NCBI GenBank assembly: GCA_031285625.1
Contig: JAITVV010000038.1
Location: 1-56,330 of the forward strand
From: Prevotella sp.
GTDB lineage: Bacteria > Bacteroidota > Bacteroidia > Bacteroidales > Dysgonomonadaceae
Direction: 5' to 3'
Length of the DNA stretch: 56,330 nt
Positions 20,132-29,680 of the stretch are shown piece by piece; position 1 is the first letter of the stretch; each line of letters begins with the position of its first letter. Made by a program: the position numbers and the translations under genes. The notes below the pieces were generated by a model that saw only the letters and a program-made list of their open reading frames with translations, did no database searches and had not been told where the DNA came from.

Positions 20132-21155
20132 CGGTTACCGGTCTCAACCATGTTACTGCACTATTATTTTTGAAATTAGTGATGGCAATGTGTACAAGTT
20201 TTGAATCTTTGGATGCTCCGTGCCAATGCTCGACTCCTACAGGAATAGGTATGACGATTCCCTTCTGTAATTTTACCGCCTCCTTGCCACGTTCCTGATA
20301 CCATCCTTCACCTTCGGTTACTATTAAGGTTTGTACAGATGGGTGGGTATGCCAGTTGGTGCGTGCACCAGACATAAAAGTTACACTTCCAGCTGAATAA
20401 TAGCCGTCGGATTCATCTTGACTGACTAATGGTTTCAGATATACTTCACCTGTAAAATAGTCAGGGTTATTTCTTTCTCCTTTTGAAAAAAGGGTGTTGC
20501 TAATAGTATTTATGATTGTTTGAACTTGTTCGAGCTGTGCGTCGGTAATGCCCACATTCCTACCTATGTTTTTATGGGATTGCAACATGGGTGCTACTCC
20601 ATGCATAGCGGAAAGTGCCGATATGGTTGCCAATTCCCTCTCGAAGTAAGTGAGTACATCCCGCTCAAATATATCGGCAAAAAGATGTTCTTTCAGATAA
20701 ATATCGATTGCCGGGGCAAAAGCGTTAGCTCCTGTGATATTTTTCTGGTTGGTAAGGGTTAACTTTTCTAGCACTTCACGCCCACGAGTATATTTATCGC
20801 GGGTATCGGTTAGAGGTGATGCTTCTTTGCCTTCAAGGTCGATGATACCTTTTGCCTTACGGTCGTTTAATACAGATATAAAGGTATTGATTCCTTGCAG
20901 GCTTCGGGGGAAACCGGCATAGGCGTACATCTGAACAAGGATTTCTTTTATCTGGTTAACAGTCAGTCCGGCATTCAGTTCTGTTTTTAAGTTATCAAGT
21001 TCACCTATTGCTGTGTTGGCGGCAATAGTTACGATTTTCAGCTGTGGTGTGGTAAGATTACTTTCCATATTCTGAGCGTTTAATTTATTGTTTTGTAATA
21101 ACAGGATAGTAAGGACTATCATTAGTAGAAAATTTATTTTTTTCATATCATACAA
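20106..21155 (-). CDS. Carboxymuconolactone decarboxylase-like / cupin fusion protein
   Basis: YAYAGFPRSL, HLFADIF, then GARTNWHTH..Q.LIV..G.GWYQ..HWHGA. Confidence 0.88.
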   Translation of the reverse strand: MYDMKKINFLLMIVLTILLLQNNKLNAQNMESNLTTPQLKIVTIAANTAIGELDNLKTELNAGLTVNQIKEILVQMYAYAGFPRSLQGINTFISVLNDRKAKGIIDLEGKEASPLTDTRDKYTRGREVLEKLTLTNQKNITGANAFAPAIDIYLKEHLFADIFERDVLTYFERELATISALSAMHGVAPMLQSHKNIGRNVGITDAQLEQVQTIINTISNTLFSKGERNNPDYFTGEVYLKPLVSQDESDGYYSAGSVTFMSGARTNWHTHPSVQTLIVTEGEGWYQERGKEAVKLQKGIVIPIPVGVEHWHGASKDSKLVHIAITNFKNNSAVTWLRPVTDEEYDNAK

Positions 21156-21891
21156 TTTGTCTGGTTGGACGGATAATAACTTCGCTTACGGATACATGAG
21201 AAGGGGTTGCAATGGCATATACTACCGCTTCTGCTACATCTTCAGGGTCGAGTCCATAACCTTCTTCACGTTGCTTTCGGTACAGTTGTTCGGAAGCAGT
21301 TTTATCGTTGATTGTTTTGTAAAGCTCGGTACGTACAGCTCCCGGTGATATAAGGGTTGACTTGATGTTGTTTTCCCTTTGTTCCTGACGTAGACCTTCC
21401 ATAATAGCACGAAGTGCGAACTTTGTTCCGCAATAAACTGCTGAACCGGGATAAACAATGTGTCCGGCAACTGAATCGGTAGTAATAATGTGTCCTGATT
21501 TTTGTTTTGCCATAATGGGTAGTACGGCTGCAATACCATTAAGCACCCCCATAATATTGATATCAAGCATTTGCTGCCACTCATCGCGTTTTCCTTCTAC
21601 TAATGGAGCTGTAGGCATAATACCTGCATTATTGAATATAGCGTCTATCCTGCCATACTTTTCGAGAGCTAAATCAATTACATCTTTTACTTCTTCGAAA
21701 TTTGATACATCGGCTGCCTTGTATTGTATTTCTGCACCAGGTAACGATTCTGCTATTTCTCTTAACTTTTCTACTCTTCGAGCTGCAATAACCTGTTTAC
21801 CACCTTTCTCTGCAATTTTCTTTACGGTTGCTTCTCCTATTCCGCTGGAAGCTCCCATAACGACAATAACTCTTCCGCTTAATTCTTTCAT
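21148..21891 (-). CDS. SDR family oxidoreductase
   Basis: GASSGIG, NNAG, YCGTK. Confidence 0.93.
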   Translation of the reverse strand: MKELSGRVIVVMGASSGIGEATVKKIAEKGGKQVIAARRVEKLREIAESLPGAEIQYKAADVSNFEEVKDVIDLALEKYGRIDAIFNNAGIMPTAPLVEGKRDEWQQMLDINIMGVLNGIAAVLPIMAKQKSGHIITTDSVAGHIVYPGSAVYCGTKFALRAIMEGLRQEQRENNIKSTLISPGAVRTELYKTINDKTASEQLYRKQREEGYGLDPEDVAEAVVYAIATPSHVSVSEVIIRPTRQIV

Positions 21892-21956
21892 ATTTTATGT
21901 TATATATTTATAATTAATTGTATAACACAAAATTAATGCTTAAATATTTTATTTAT

Positions 21957-21995
21957 TTTGCTATAAAGTTCATATTATTTTGCTGTGAGGTGCAT
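21957..21995. promoter_or_regulatory. Tandem AraC-type operator upstream of the SDR operon
   Basis: TTTGCTATAAAGTTCAT and TTTGCTGTGAGGTGCAT, 22 bp apart. Minus-strand TAATTTTG box at 21928-21935. Confidence 0.65.
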
Positions 21996-22040
21996 TATTC
22001 TTTTTGGAAAGAAATGTAGTTTCCATACATCGTATAAAAT

Positions 22041-22072
22041 AAAAAAGCCCATCGCAATTTGCTATGGGCTTT
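22041..22072 (-). terminator. Intrinsic terminator of the AraC gene
   Basis: AAAGCCCAT.GC/GC.ATGGGCTTT stem with U-run on the minus strand. Confidence 0.8.
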
Positions 22073-22085
22073 CATTATACACTCT

Positions 22086-22907
22086 TTATTTGGTTGGTGC
22101 ATATCCATACATTTCTTTATATGTTTTGGAAAAATGAGAAAGGTTTTTAAAGCCAACATCTATATATACATCTTTTACTTTTTTATTCTGATATTTTATC
22201 AGTTCGTGAGCTACTTTAAGACGTTTTTGTATCAGCCATTTTTGAGGTGTAAGGTTACTTATCTTTTTAAAATCCCTCTTAAAAGTGGCTAAACTGCGAC
22301 CTGTGTAATTGGCTATTTCTTCCATAGAGAGATCACACATGAAGTTTTCGTTGAGAAACTGAACGATATCGATTTTCCATGGTTCGGTAAAGTCGAAAAG
22401 GGTGGAATAGAATTTCTTATCCGTGTTGGTTAATAGGTAGATACCTTCCTGCATTTTAAGGTTCATGGTTTCCTCGCGCGGTTTTATTTCAGTATTGAAG
22501 TAGGGAGTCATGGAATTGAAAAGGCTTTCTACTTCGGGTACCTGAGGGAGTTTTATTACTGATTTTTCAAAATTGCCAGGATTTTTAGGAATATTATTAC
22601 GATCAAGCTTTGCATAAAACTCGCGCAAAACATTGCGATGGAAGCTCATAAAAATTCCTTTATACGGTTCACCATCTTTAGATTGTTTAGTCATTACAAT
22701 CCGGTTGTCACGCTTGATAAAGGCACATTCACCTTTATTGATAACCGTTTTGTTGCCTCTTTCCTCGATTATCATTTCTCCACCGTAAACATAAGTCAGG
22801 GAATGAGATGATACCATTTTTGAGCAACGGGTATCGTTTTCAAAATAATAACTAAAGAAAATATTAGAGTATTGAAAGAATAATGAATTACTATAGTCTT
22901 TTTCCAT
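22086..22907 (-). CDS. AraC family regulator
   Basis: TGRSLATFKRDF..TPQKWL..VGFKNLSHFS. Confidence 0.93.
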   Translation of the reverse strand: MEKDYSNSLFFQYSNIFFSYYFENDTRCSKMVSSHSLTYVYGGEMIIEERGNKTVINKGECAFIKRDNRIVMTKQSKDGEPYKGIFMSFHRNVLREFYAKLDRNNIPKNPGNFEKSVIKLPQVPEVESLFNSMTPYFNTEIKPREETMNLKMQEGIYLLTNTDKKFYSTLFDFTEPWKIDIVQFLNENFMCDLSMEEIANYTGRSLATFKRDFKKISNLTPQKWLIQKRLKVAHELIKYQNKKVKDVYIDVGFKNLSHFSKTYKEMYGYAPTK

Positions 22908-22961
22908 ATTATCCTGATTTTTAGTTTTTCAACAAATATAGGGATAAGATTTGTATATAAC

Positions 22962-22978
22962 TTTGCTGTAAGGATCAT
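22962..22978. promoter_or_regulatory. Third copy of the AraC operator (probable autoregulation)
   Basis: TTTGCTGTAAGGATCAT, with the same 29-bp offset from a minus-strand TATATTTG box (22933-22940). Confidence 0.6.
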
Positions 22979-23252
22979 ATTTATATCTAAAAGGATTAAA
23001 GTAACAAACTTATTATACTTTCGTCTCTGCCGGACATAATATTTACCTCAACTTCTTTCTTTATAGTATCCTATTGAATTATAATAATGTACAATCGATA
23101 AACAATGCTTAATCACCAGTTGTTTAACTATTTATTTAACTAAGGAATTATGAAGGTTTATAAAAGGACAATCAGTGTTGGTTACAGGCAAAATGCAGGA
23201 GTACAATTCACGTTAAAAATACCTCCCAAAATATCTTTAAATACATAAAAGA

Positions 23253-23656
23253 ATGAATAATAATACAATATTAGTTATAGATGACGAAATTCAAATAAGA
23301 GAACTACTTGCCCGTATACGGGCATCACTAAGGCTTGGAGAAACAGTAAACAATAATCCGGTATTTAAGGTTGGCGATCTGTCGGTCAATATGATAAACC
23401 ATATTGCAAAGAAAAAGGAAGAATTACTGGATCTGACTCCAACTGAATTTTCATTACTAAGTTTATTCATAAAAATCAGGGATGCGTATTAACACATAAG
23501 TATACCCTTAAAGAAGTATGGGGATATAACTATGCAGACCAAACCCAATCCCTACGCGTCTTCATAGCCCAACTAAGAAAGAAAATTGAAGACAACCCGG
23601 CTAAACCTGTTTTATTAATCACTGAATCGGGTATAGGATATGGCTTCGGAATATAA
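23253..23656 (+). pseudogene. kdpE: KdpE-like response regulator pseudogene
   Basis: ILVIDDEIQIR is fused directly to ELLARIRA, so most of the receiver domain is deleted. After a frameshift it reads VLTHKYTLKEVWG..QSLRVFIAQLRKKIEDNPAKP..TESGIGY. Confidence 0.85.
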
Positions 23657-23702
23657 TTTTCCGTTGCCTAAAAGGCTATTCAACTTATCTCAAGAAGTTA
23701 AC

Positions 23703-24581
23703 CTATTTTTTTGTACCTTTTCTAATTTGTCCAGGTGTCATATCGAACATCTGTTTGATAAAGTCATTCATCACTGAAGGTGAACTGAATCCATATTTAT
23801 CACTTATTTGCTTGAAATTCATCTCTCCTGCAATAATATCTGTGTGAATATCATAAGCCCTTTGAGTCATCATCCAGTGATAAGGTGTATCATTAAACAC
23901 TTTTTTAAATCGTTTTTCAAAACCAGATACACTGTAATTCAATACTTTTGCCAATTCTTTTGCATTATGACACTTTGCATAATGTTCCATTACCTGCTGA
24001 GAAAATATCATATCGCTGCTCAACAACGATCGAAAAAAATGAAATAAATCTTCTTTGGTATAATAACAACGAAGAATATAGAAAAACTCCTTTATTTTTA
24101 TAGATAAATAGTTCTGGCAACGAAATCCGGAACGAATTAGTCCTACTAGTGAAAACAAATAATTTCCCATTTCGACATTTACATCCAGTAAGTGGAAACT
24201 ATCTTGTCTTAAGATTTCCGTTTGTGAATCCTGTTTATTTATTTGTTGCCAAAGATGTTCGAGTCGATATGTTTCGCAAAAATGAGTTTTATTTATTATA
24301 CGTATGACCAGTATTTCACTTTCGAAAGAATTTTCCTGAAAACTAGCCGAAGTACCTGATGCTAAAAACAACATATGACCGGTCTGCAGAACTTCTCCAG
24401 TATCATTCTTGCCTGATATAAAATGGAAACTACCTTTTAACACAATAACAATTTTGTGAATCTGAGGTATTACCTGCCAACCATCATTACCTTTTATTTG
24501 TTTTATTTCTATACTAGGTTTATCACTTCTGTCAAAATATATACAGGATGCATGTTCATCTTTATATAATATTTCTTTCAT
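23703..24581 (-). CDS. AraC family regulator
   Basis: YSVSGFEKRFKKVF..PYHWM..YGFSSPS..TPGQIRK. Likely start MKEILY. Confidence 0.88.
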   Translation of the reverse strand: MKEILYKDEHASCIYFDRSDKPSIEIKQIKGNDGWQVIPQIHKIVIVLKGSFHFISGKNDTGEVLQTGHMLFLASGTSASFQENSFESEILVIRIINKTHFCETYRLEHLWQQINKQDSQTEILRQDSFHLLDVNVEMGNYLFSLVGLIRSGFRCQNYLSIKIKEFFYILRCYYTKEDLFHFFRSLLSSDMIFSQQVMEHYAKCHNAKELAKVLNYSVSGFEKRFKKVFNDTPYHWMMTQRAYDIHTDIIAGEMNFKQISDKYGFSSPSVMNDFIKQMFDMTPGQIRKGTKK

Positions 24582-24961
24582 AATCAATATATTTAACAGA
24601 CAACCGGATTTTAACTTCCTCGAATAAAATGTAGCCTTCTTTACCAAGGAAACATTTACAACTTATTCCATATTTACGGAGCAAAATTACTAGGTATCTT
24701 ATAAAGGTTTTATAAAGAAAATCGTTTATATATAAAGATTTCATAAGTATTAATATATGTGAGATATTCATTGACAATTAATATGTATTATTCTTTTAGT
24801 ATACGGTCTATTGTATGTTACCCGAAAAGTAAGAATTTACTGATATTAAAACACATAGCATCTTCTTTTCTTTGTTTTAGAAAGAAAACTAAATATGACT
24901 CTGACTTTTCGGATATCTACTTACTTCTTATTACTGCTGGACGATCTTTTTTATCGGTTGT

Positions 24962-25459
24962 AAAATAACAAGATATACTCAATGTATTGATTAAGAATTA
25001 TCGTAATTTTATTCGTTATTTCCTCCTATCTTCAAGCTGAACGAAGACATGTATAATCGTGTTATAGTTGATCAGATTACGAAAAATTCAATGCTTCAAA
25101 ATTTCCATTATCACTTTCACAAGCAATAGATAAGGATAGAGACAAGTTTAAAAGACAACATTCATCACTCTTGAAAGCATTGAATTTTCATATCAGCTTT
25201 TTGTTTCTTTATGATTAGTATTATTACCAATCATGTAAATGTACCATCGTATAGATATGAGAATATCTGATAAACCAGACAAAACACATGATACTGGAAT
25301 ATAAATTAGATTATTTTCTCTCTTCAAAATTTTCATAAAGAGGGTTATAAGTCATTTTGTTTAGTAATTCCCATAATTCTCTTCACTAGAGAATTTACAA
25401 TTACAAAATAACAGGATGTACTACAAATACCGATTAAGAATAATCGTATATTTATTCGT
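24962..25459. repeat. Degenerate 55-bp direct repeat (24962-25016 and 25405-25459)
   Basis: 44 of 55 positions identical by hand alignment, no gaps. Confidence 0.75.
25083..25188. repeat. 14-bp perfect inverted repeat
   Basis: AAAATTCAATGCTT (25083-25096) / AAGCATTGAATTTT (25175-25188). Confidence 0.7.
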
Positions 25460-25600
25460 AATAATCAGATACATCTTCCTTTTATCTACAATTACCCAAA
25501 TAATACTATCTTATTGTCTAAAATTAAGTTCTGTATGGTATTACTTATAGAAGTTAGAGGCGAAGAAAAAGTAATGAGGGGAGACTATAAAGACAAACTC

Positions 25601-26131
25601 CTCTACTGATAAATCGGCATCTTCCATAACGATGTTGGCTGATTTTCCTCCCAACTCCAAAGTAACCCGTTTGAGTGTTTCCGCTCCATCGCGTGCAATT
25701 GTTTTCCCGACAAGGGTTGAGCCTGCAAAAGATATTTTGGCAATATTGGGGTTGCGGGTTATTTCTGCTCCGACTACATTTCCTAAGCCGTTTACAATAT
25801 TGAATACTCCTTTAGGTAGACCCGCTTCGTGCAGGCATTCAGTAATCACCTGTGTTTGCAGGGCGCTCATTTCACTGGGTTTAATTACTGCCGTACAGCC
25901 TGCTGCAATAGCAGTAGATAGTTTGGTGCAGATATATCCGTTACTGGCGTTCCATGGGATAATGATGCCGACCACACCTACCGGGTTGAGTGTTATAACG
26001 GCATTGCCCATTTTCTTAGTAAACTCAAAATGTTTCACAATCTCAATATTGACGAATATGGAGCTATTGCATAGTGAAAGGAGGAGGCTGCAAACTGTAC
26101 AGGGGCTCCATACTCTTCAACCATTATGTCG
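25601..26131 (-). pseudogene. Aldehyde dehydrogenase fragment
   Basis: PVGVVGIIIPWN, IKPSE, FAGST, LELGGKSA. Ends before the catalytic Cys. Upstream DIMVEEYGAP lies in another frame. Confidence 0.88.
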
Positions 26132-26260
26132 ATAAGTTGCAGTCTATCGAAATATCAACCCATCATCTTAAGTACTGAAATTAAAAGGTTGAAATGCAGC
26201 TTAACTGACATTAAATAGCTCTTTACATGATATAAGAGTTAATTATCCAGCAAAATTGAA

Positions 26261-27175
26261 TCAATCTATCTTCAGTATCTGTGTCACCCGCACACTTATA
26301 TTGTTAGGTAAACCTGCCGAAGCGGCGGTATCCACACCAAAGACAATTTTATAACCTTTGTGGTTTGCGGCAGTATCGCTAAGTGTGGAGAAAAACAGGC
26401 TGAAGGGTGCTGTATGCCCGGTATCCAGTCCTCCGGGAACAACAATAGCCTGCGAAAAGACAGCATTCCCGCTATCATTATCTACAATATCCACTTTGAA
26501 GTACCGTGTCTGGGTCGGTGGATTGTTTCCCATCTCGAATTCAAAGCCTATCCTCCAGAAAGTTGGGATACCGATGTCAGCTTTTTCTACTAATAAAGCC
26601 CCATCGTCACCCAGAGTGGATGTGAGAATATCCGATACAGCTGTAGTAAAAGGAGACCATACCCCAATAATATATGAAGGAGTAATGGTCGTCTGTTGGT
26701 TCTGCATAAGTAAGCCCCAGGATGTTTTTCCGCTTAATGTGAGAAACTTTGACTGATTAACCCCTATAAGTACGCCTGTCTCTCCTAAATCTGTTCCACC
26801 TGAATTGGAGCTCGTCCCGGACAAGTTTATCCACTTTGCCCCGTCCCACACATAAATACCTTTTTTGATAGGTGTGCTTCCAGAAGTATCTTCATGTATA
26901 TTGTAGACTGTGAGGCCCGTATGCCTTTCGTTTTCAGCGGTATCGTATCCAACAGGAAACATCGGGTAAAGCTTGGTCAGGTCGGTAATGCTTACCCTGG
27001 GCATCATCATTCCTTTATTTGCATTTTCTGACCCATCAGTGACGTTTTGTATATTCTTTAGTTGCAATAATGCTCCGGTAACGGACTCTTCTCCTGCACC
27101 AATCGTAACTTGTGCAGTCAGGAAGCCAGAGTAAACTATAAAAAAATATATTAACACATAAAACTTATATTTCAT
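26261..27175 (-). CDS. Secreted hypothetical protein
   Basis: Signal peptide, then AQVTIG..GALLQLK..NKGMMMPRV..GLTVYN..GIYVWDG.KW, a Bacteroidota surface-protein N-terminal module. Confidence 0.8.
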   Translation of the reverse strand: MKYKFYVLIYFFIVYSGFLTAQVTIGAGEESVTGALLQLKNIQNVTDGSENANKGMMMPRVSITDLTKLYPMFPVGYDTAENERHTGLTVYNIHEDTSGSTPIKKGIYVWDGAKWINLSGTSSNSGGTDLGETGVLIGVNQSKFLTLSGKTSWGLLMQNQQTTITPSYIIGVWSPFTTAVSDILTSTLGDDGALLVEKADIGIPTFWRIGFEFEMGNNPPTQTRYFKVDIVDNDSGNAVFSQAIVVPGGLDTGHTAPFSLFFSTLSDTAANHKGYKIVFGVDTAASAGLPNNISVRVTQILKID

Positions 27176-27360
27176 ATCATTTCTAATAAAGTTATAATTT
27201 TCATTTTTTGTTTTGCATAATATTGGATAGATGTTCAGATAAACATTTGGATAAGAACAACCAAAATCGATAATTTGTTCTGTCCCTCATCAATAAATAA
27301 AATTTGAAGAAGTAGAATATAAGCTGGCTCTCTGTCCATATTTTCGTTTTAAACGTAAGC

Positions 27361-29526
27361 CTAATTTACCAGCTTATTCAAGAAATTTAATGTCTGACTT
27401 TGTGTAGGGATATTATATTTTGATACGCTTGAGTTCCGCCCTACTTTAATTGTTATCGCATCTTCAGGCAGAGCTAAAAACATGTCTTCATCTGTTGTAT
27501 CATCTCCTATAGCCATAATGAAATCATAATCATCCTGATTCACTAATCTCACGGCTTCCGAACCTTTGGTTATGTCGTTATATTTAACCTCAACAATTTT
27601 ATTTCCCTTCATTATTTGCAGATTCTGTCGTGAGCAGGGATTAATCAGGGCATTGATCAATTGCGTCACCCTAAGATCTGCAAGCCATGCATCTACATTC
27701 CGGTAATGCCATACCAAAGCGGTATCCTTTATTTCTATTTTAGAACGTGGAGTCCGTTTTACGGTATGTTCCATAATATCGATAATTTCTTTATCCCACT
27801 CTATTTCCGATATTTTAGAATGCCATTTTCCACCCTCTTTATAAAAAGCTCCATGCTCTGCGGCTAAACCTATAGGGAGGCTTCCAAGCCATTTATCCAG
27901 GGTGTGGCGGTCGCGGCCGCTACTGATAACTACACTGTTTCCGGAATCCTGAGCTAACCGGGATAGGAGTTCTAAAAGTTCTTTTGTTGGGAATGCATCT
28001 TCCGGTTTAGCCTGAAATGGAGCTAATGTACCATCATAATCAAGTATAATAAGCCTCTTTTGCGATTTATCATAATCTTTCTTTATTGTATCGAAATTAC
28101 TTTTCACTACAATCTTACCGGCGAGTGTATTATTTTTCTCTCGCACTTCTTTTAGTTCCTCTATAAAATCCGTGGCCCATTGTTTTACATTCTGTGTTGA
28201 AACTATTTCCTGCATTGCATTTAACCGTTTCATTTGCTTTTCTACAGGCATCTTCAGAGCCTCTACCATTGCATTTTCTATTTCGTGTATGTCGGTCGGA
28301 TTTACAATGAGGGCATCTGATAATTCGATGGAGGCTCCAGCCATTTCGCTTAATATCAGAACTCCTGATTGTTCCCTTTTGGTTGCCACATATTCTTTCG
28401 CTACCAGATTCATACCATCACGCAATGGAGTAACCAGTGCAATATCTGAAATCTGGTAAAGAGCAGCCAGTTCTTCAAACTGGAACGGATGATAAAAATA
28501 ATAGACAGGAGTCCAGTCTATAGTCGCATATTTGCCGTTTATGGCTCCTACCAGTTTATCTATTTCGTTTTTCAACCCTGCATAAATATCAACTGAATCG
28601 CGGCTAGGAGCAACAATCATCACTAACGAAACCTTTTCCCGGTATTGAGGATTATTCTCCAGAAAACTCTGGAAACCGTGTAAGCGAATAGGTATGCCTT
28701 TGCTGTAATCGAGGCGGTCTACAGACAACATTAGTTTCGCTTTCCCAAAACTCTTGCGCAATTCTGCCGACTTCTTTTTAATATCGGGATTCAGCAGGGC
28801 ATCATGGTACATGTCATAATTGATTCCCATCGGGAAGGCATCTACATCTACCACCCTGTCGTTTAACTGAATTTCGTCCAGATTGCAATCCAGTTTCAAG
28901 ACCCTGTAGACTGCACTTATAAAGTGCCGCATGTAGCTGTGTGTATGGAATGCCACCAAATCAGCACCCAGAAGGCCTTTAAGTAATTCACCCCTTTCCG
29001 GTAAAGAACGGAACAATTCGTATGAAGGAAAAGGGATATGATGAAAATATCCGATGCTGATATCAGGCATTTTATCGCGCAACATTTTTGGTAACAGCAT
29101 TAACTGATAATCCTGAACCCAGACAATATCACCCGGCTCAATGATTTTGAGTGTAGCCTCACAAAAAAGAGCGTTCACTTCTTTATAAGCTTCCCAGTAC
29201 TCATTACCATATTCAATATAGTTCGAAAAATAATGGCATAGCGGCCAGAGAACACTGTTGCTATAACCCTCATAATAGTTTTCTATCTGATCCGGTGTCA
29301 GGTATACAGGGGTATATTTTTGCTCTGCCAGCTGTTTATCTATTGCTTCTTTCTCTTTGCAATTGTCGAGATACATACCCGGCCAGCCAATCCAGTGTTT
29401 ATCAACTTTTGTTTTTAGCGAATCAAGGCCTGTAGAAAGGCCTCCCGGACTGGGTATGACTTTATATTTATTATTTTCTTCAACAATTTTCAGAGGTAAT
29501 CTGTTAGATATTATAATAAGTTTCAT
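27361..29526 (-). CDS. Bifunctional trehalose-6-phosphate synthase/phosphatase
   Basis: SNRLP, WIGWPG, HIPFP, DRLDYSKG, DGMNLVAKEY, then HAD motifs LDYDGTL and GDDTTDED. Confidence 0.95.
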   Translation of the reverse strand: MKLIIISNRLPLKIVEENNKYKVIPSPGGLSTGLDSLKTKVDKHWIGWPGMYLDNCKEKEAIDKQLAEQKYTPVYLTPDQIENYYEGYSNSVLWPLCHYFSNYIEYGNEYWEAYKEVNALFCEATLKIIEPGDIVWVQDYQLMLLPKMLRDKMPDISIGYFHHIPFPSYELFRSLPERGELLKGLLGADLVAFHTHSYMRHFISAVYRVLKLDCNLDEIQLNDRVVDVDAFPMGINYDMYHDALLNPDIKKKSAELRKSFGKAKLMLSVDRLDYSKGIPIRLHGFQSFLENNPQYREKVSLVMIVAPSRDSVDIYAGLKNEIDKLVGAINGKYATIDWTPVYYFYHPFQFEELAALYQISDIALVTPLRDGMNLVAKEYVATKREQSGVLILSEMAGASIELSDALIVNPTDIHEIENAMVEALKMPVEKQMKRLNAMQEIVSTQNVKQWATDFIEELKEVREKNNTLAGKIVVKSNFDTIKKDYDKSQKRLIILDYDGTLAPFQAKPEDAFPTKELLELLSRLAQDSGNSVVISSGRDRHTLDKWLGSLPIGLAAEHGAFYKEGGKWHSKISEIEWDKEIIDIMEHTVKRTPRSKIEIKDTALVWHYRNVDAWLADLRVTQLINALINPCSRQNLQIMKGNKIVEVKYNDITKGSEAVRLVNQDDYDFIMAIGDDTTDEDMFLALPEDAITIKVGRNSSVSKYNIPTQSQTLNFLNKLVN

Positions 29527-29680
29527 ATGTTAAATTATTTTTCTTCACAATACTCTATGCAAGCATTGTATTATTCTTCGGTTAAAAAGAAACATTCTGA
29601 TGTATAATGTGAATAATTAATAATAAAACATTATTTAAACGAGTTTAGTTCAAATAATAAATATAAGATATTGAAAATCA

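Noticed and set aside
24562-24968. Short ORFs 24562..24777 and 24759..24968
   Set aside because: AT-rich, low-complexity translations with non-ATG starts and no motifs.
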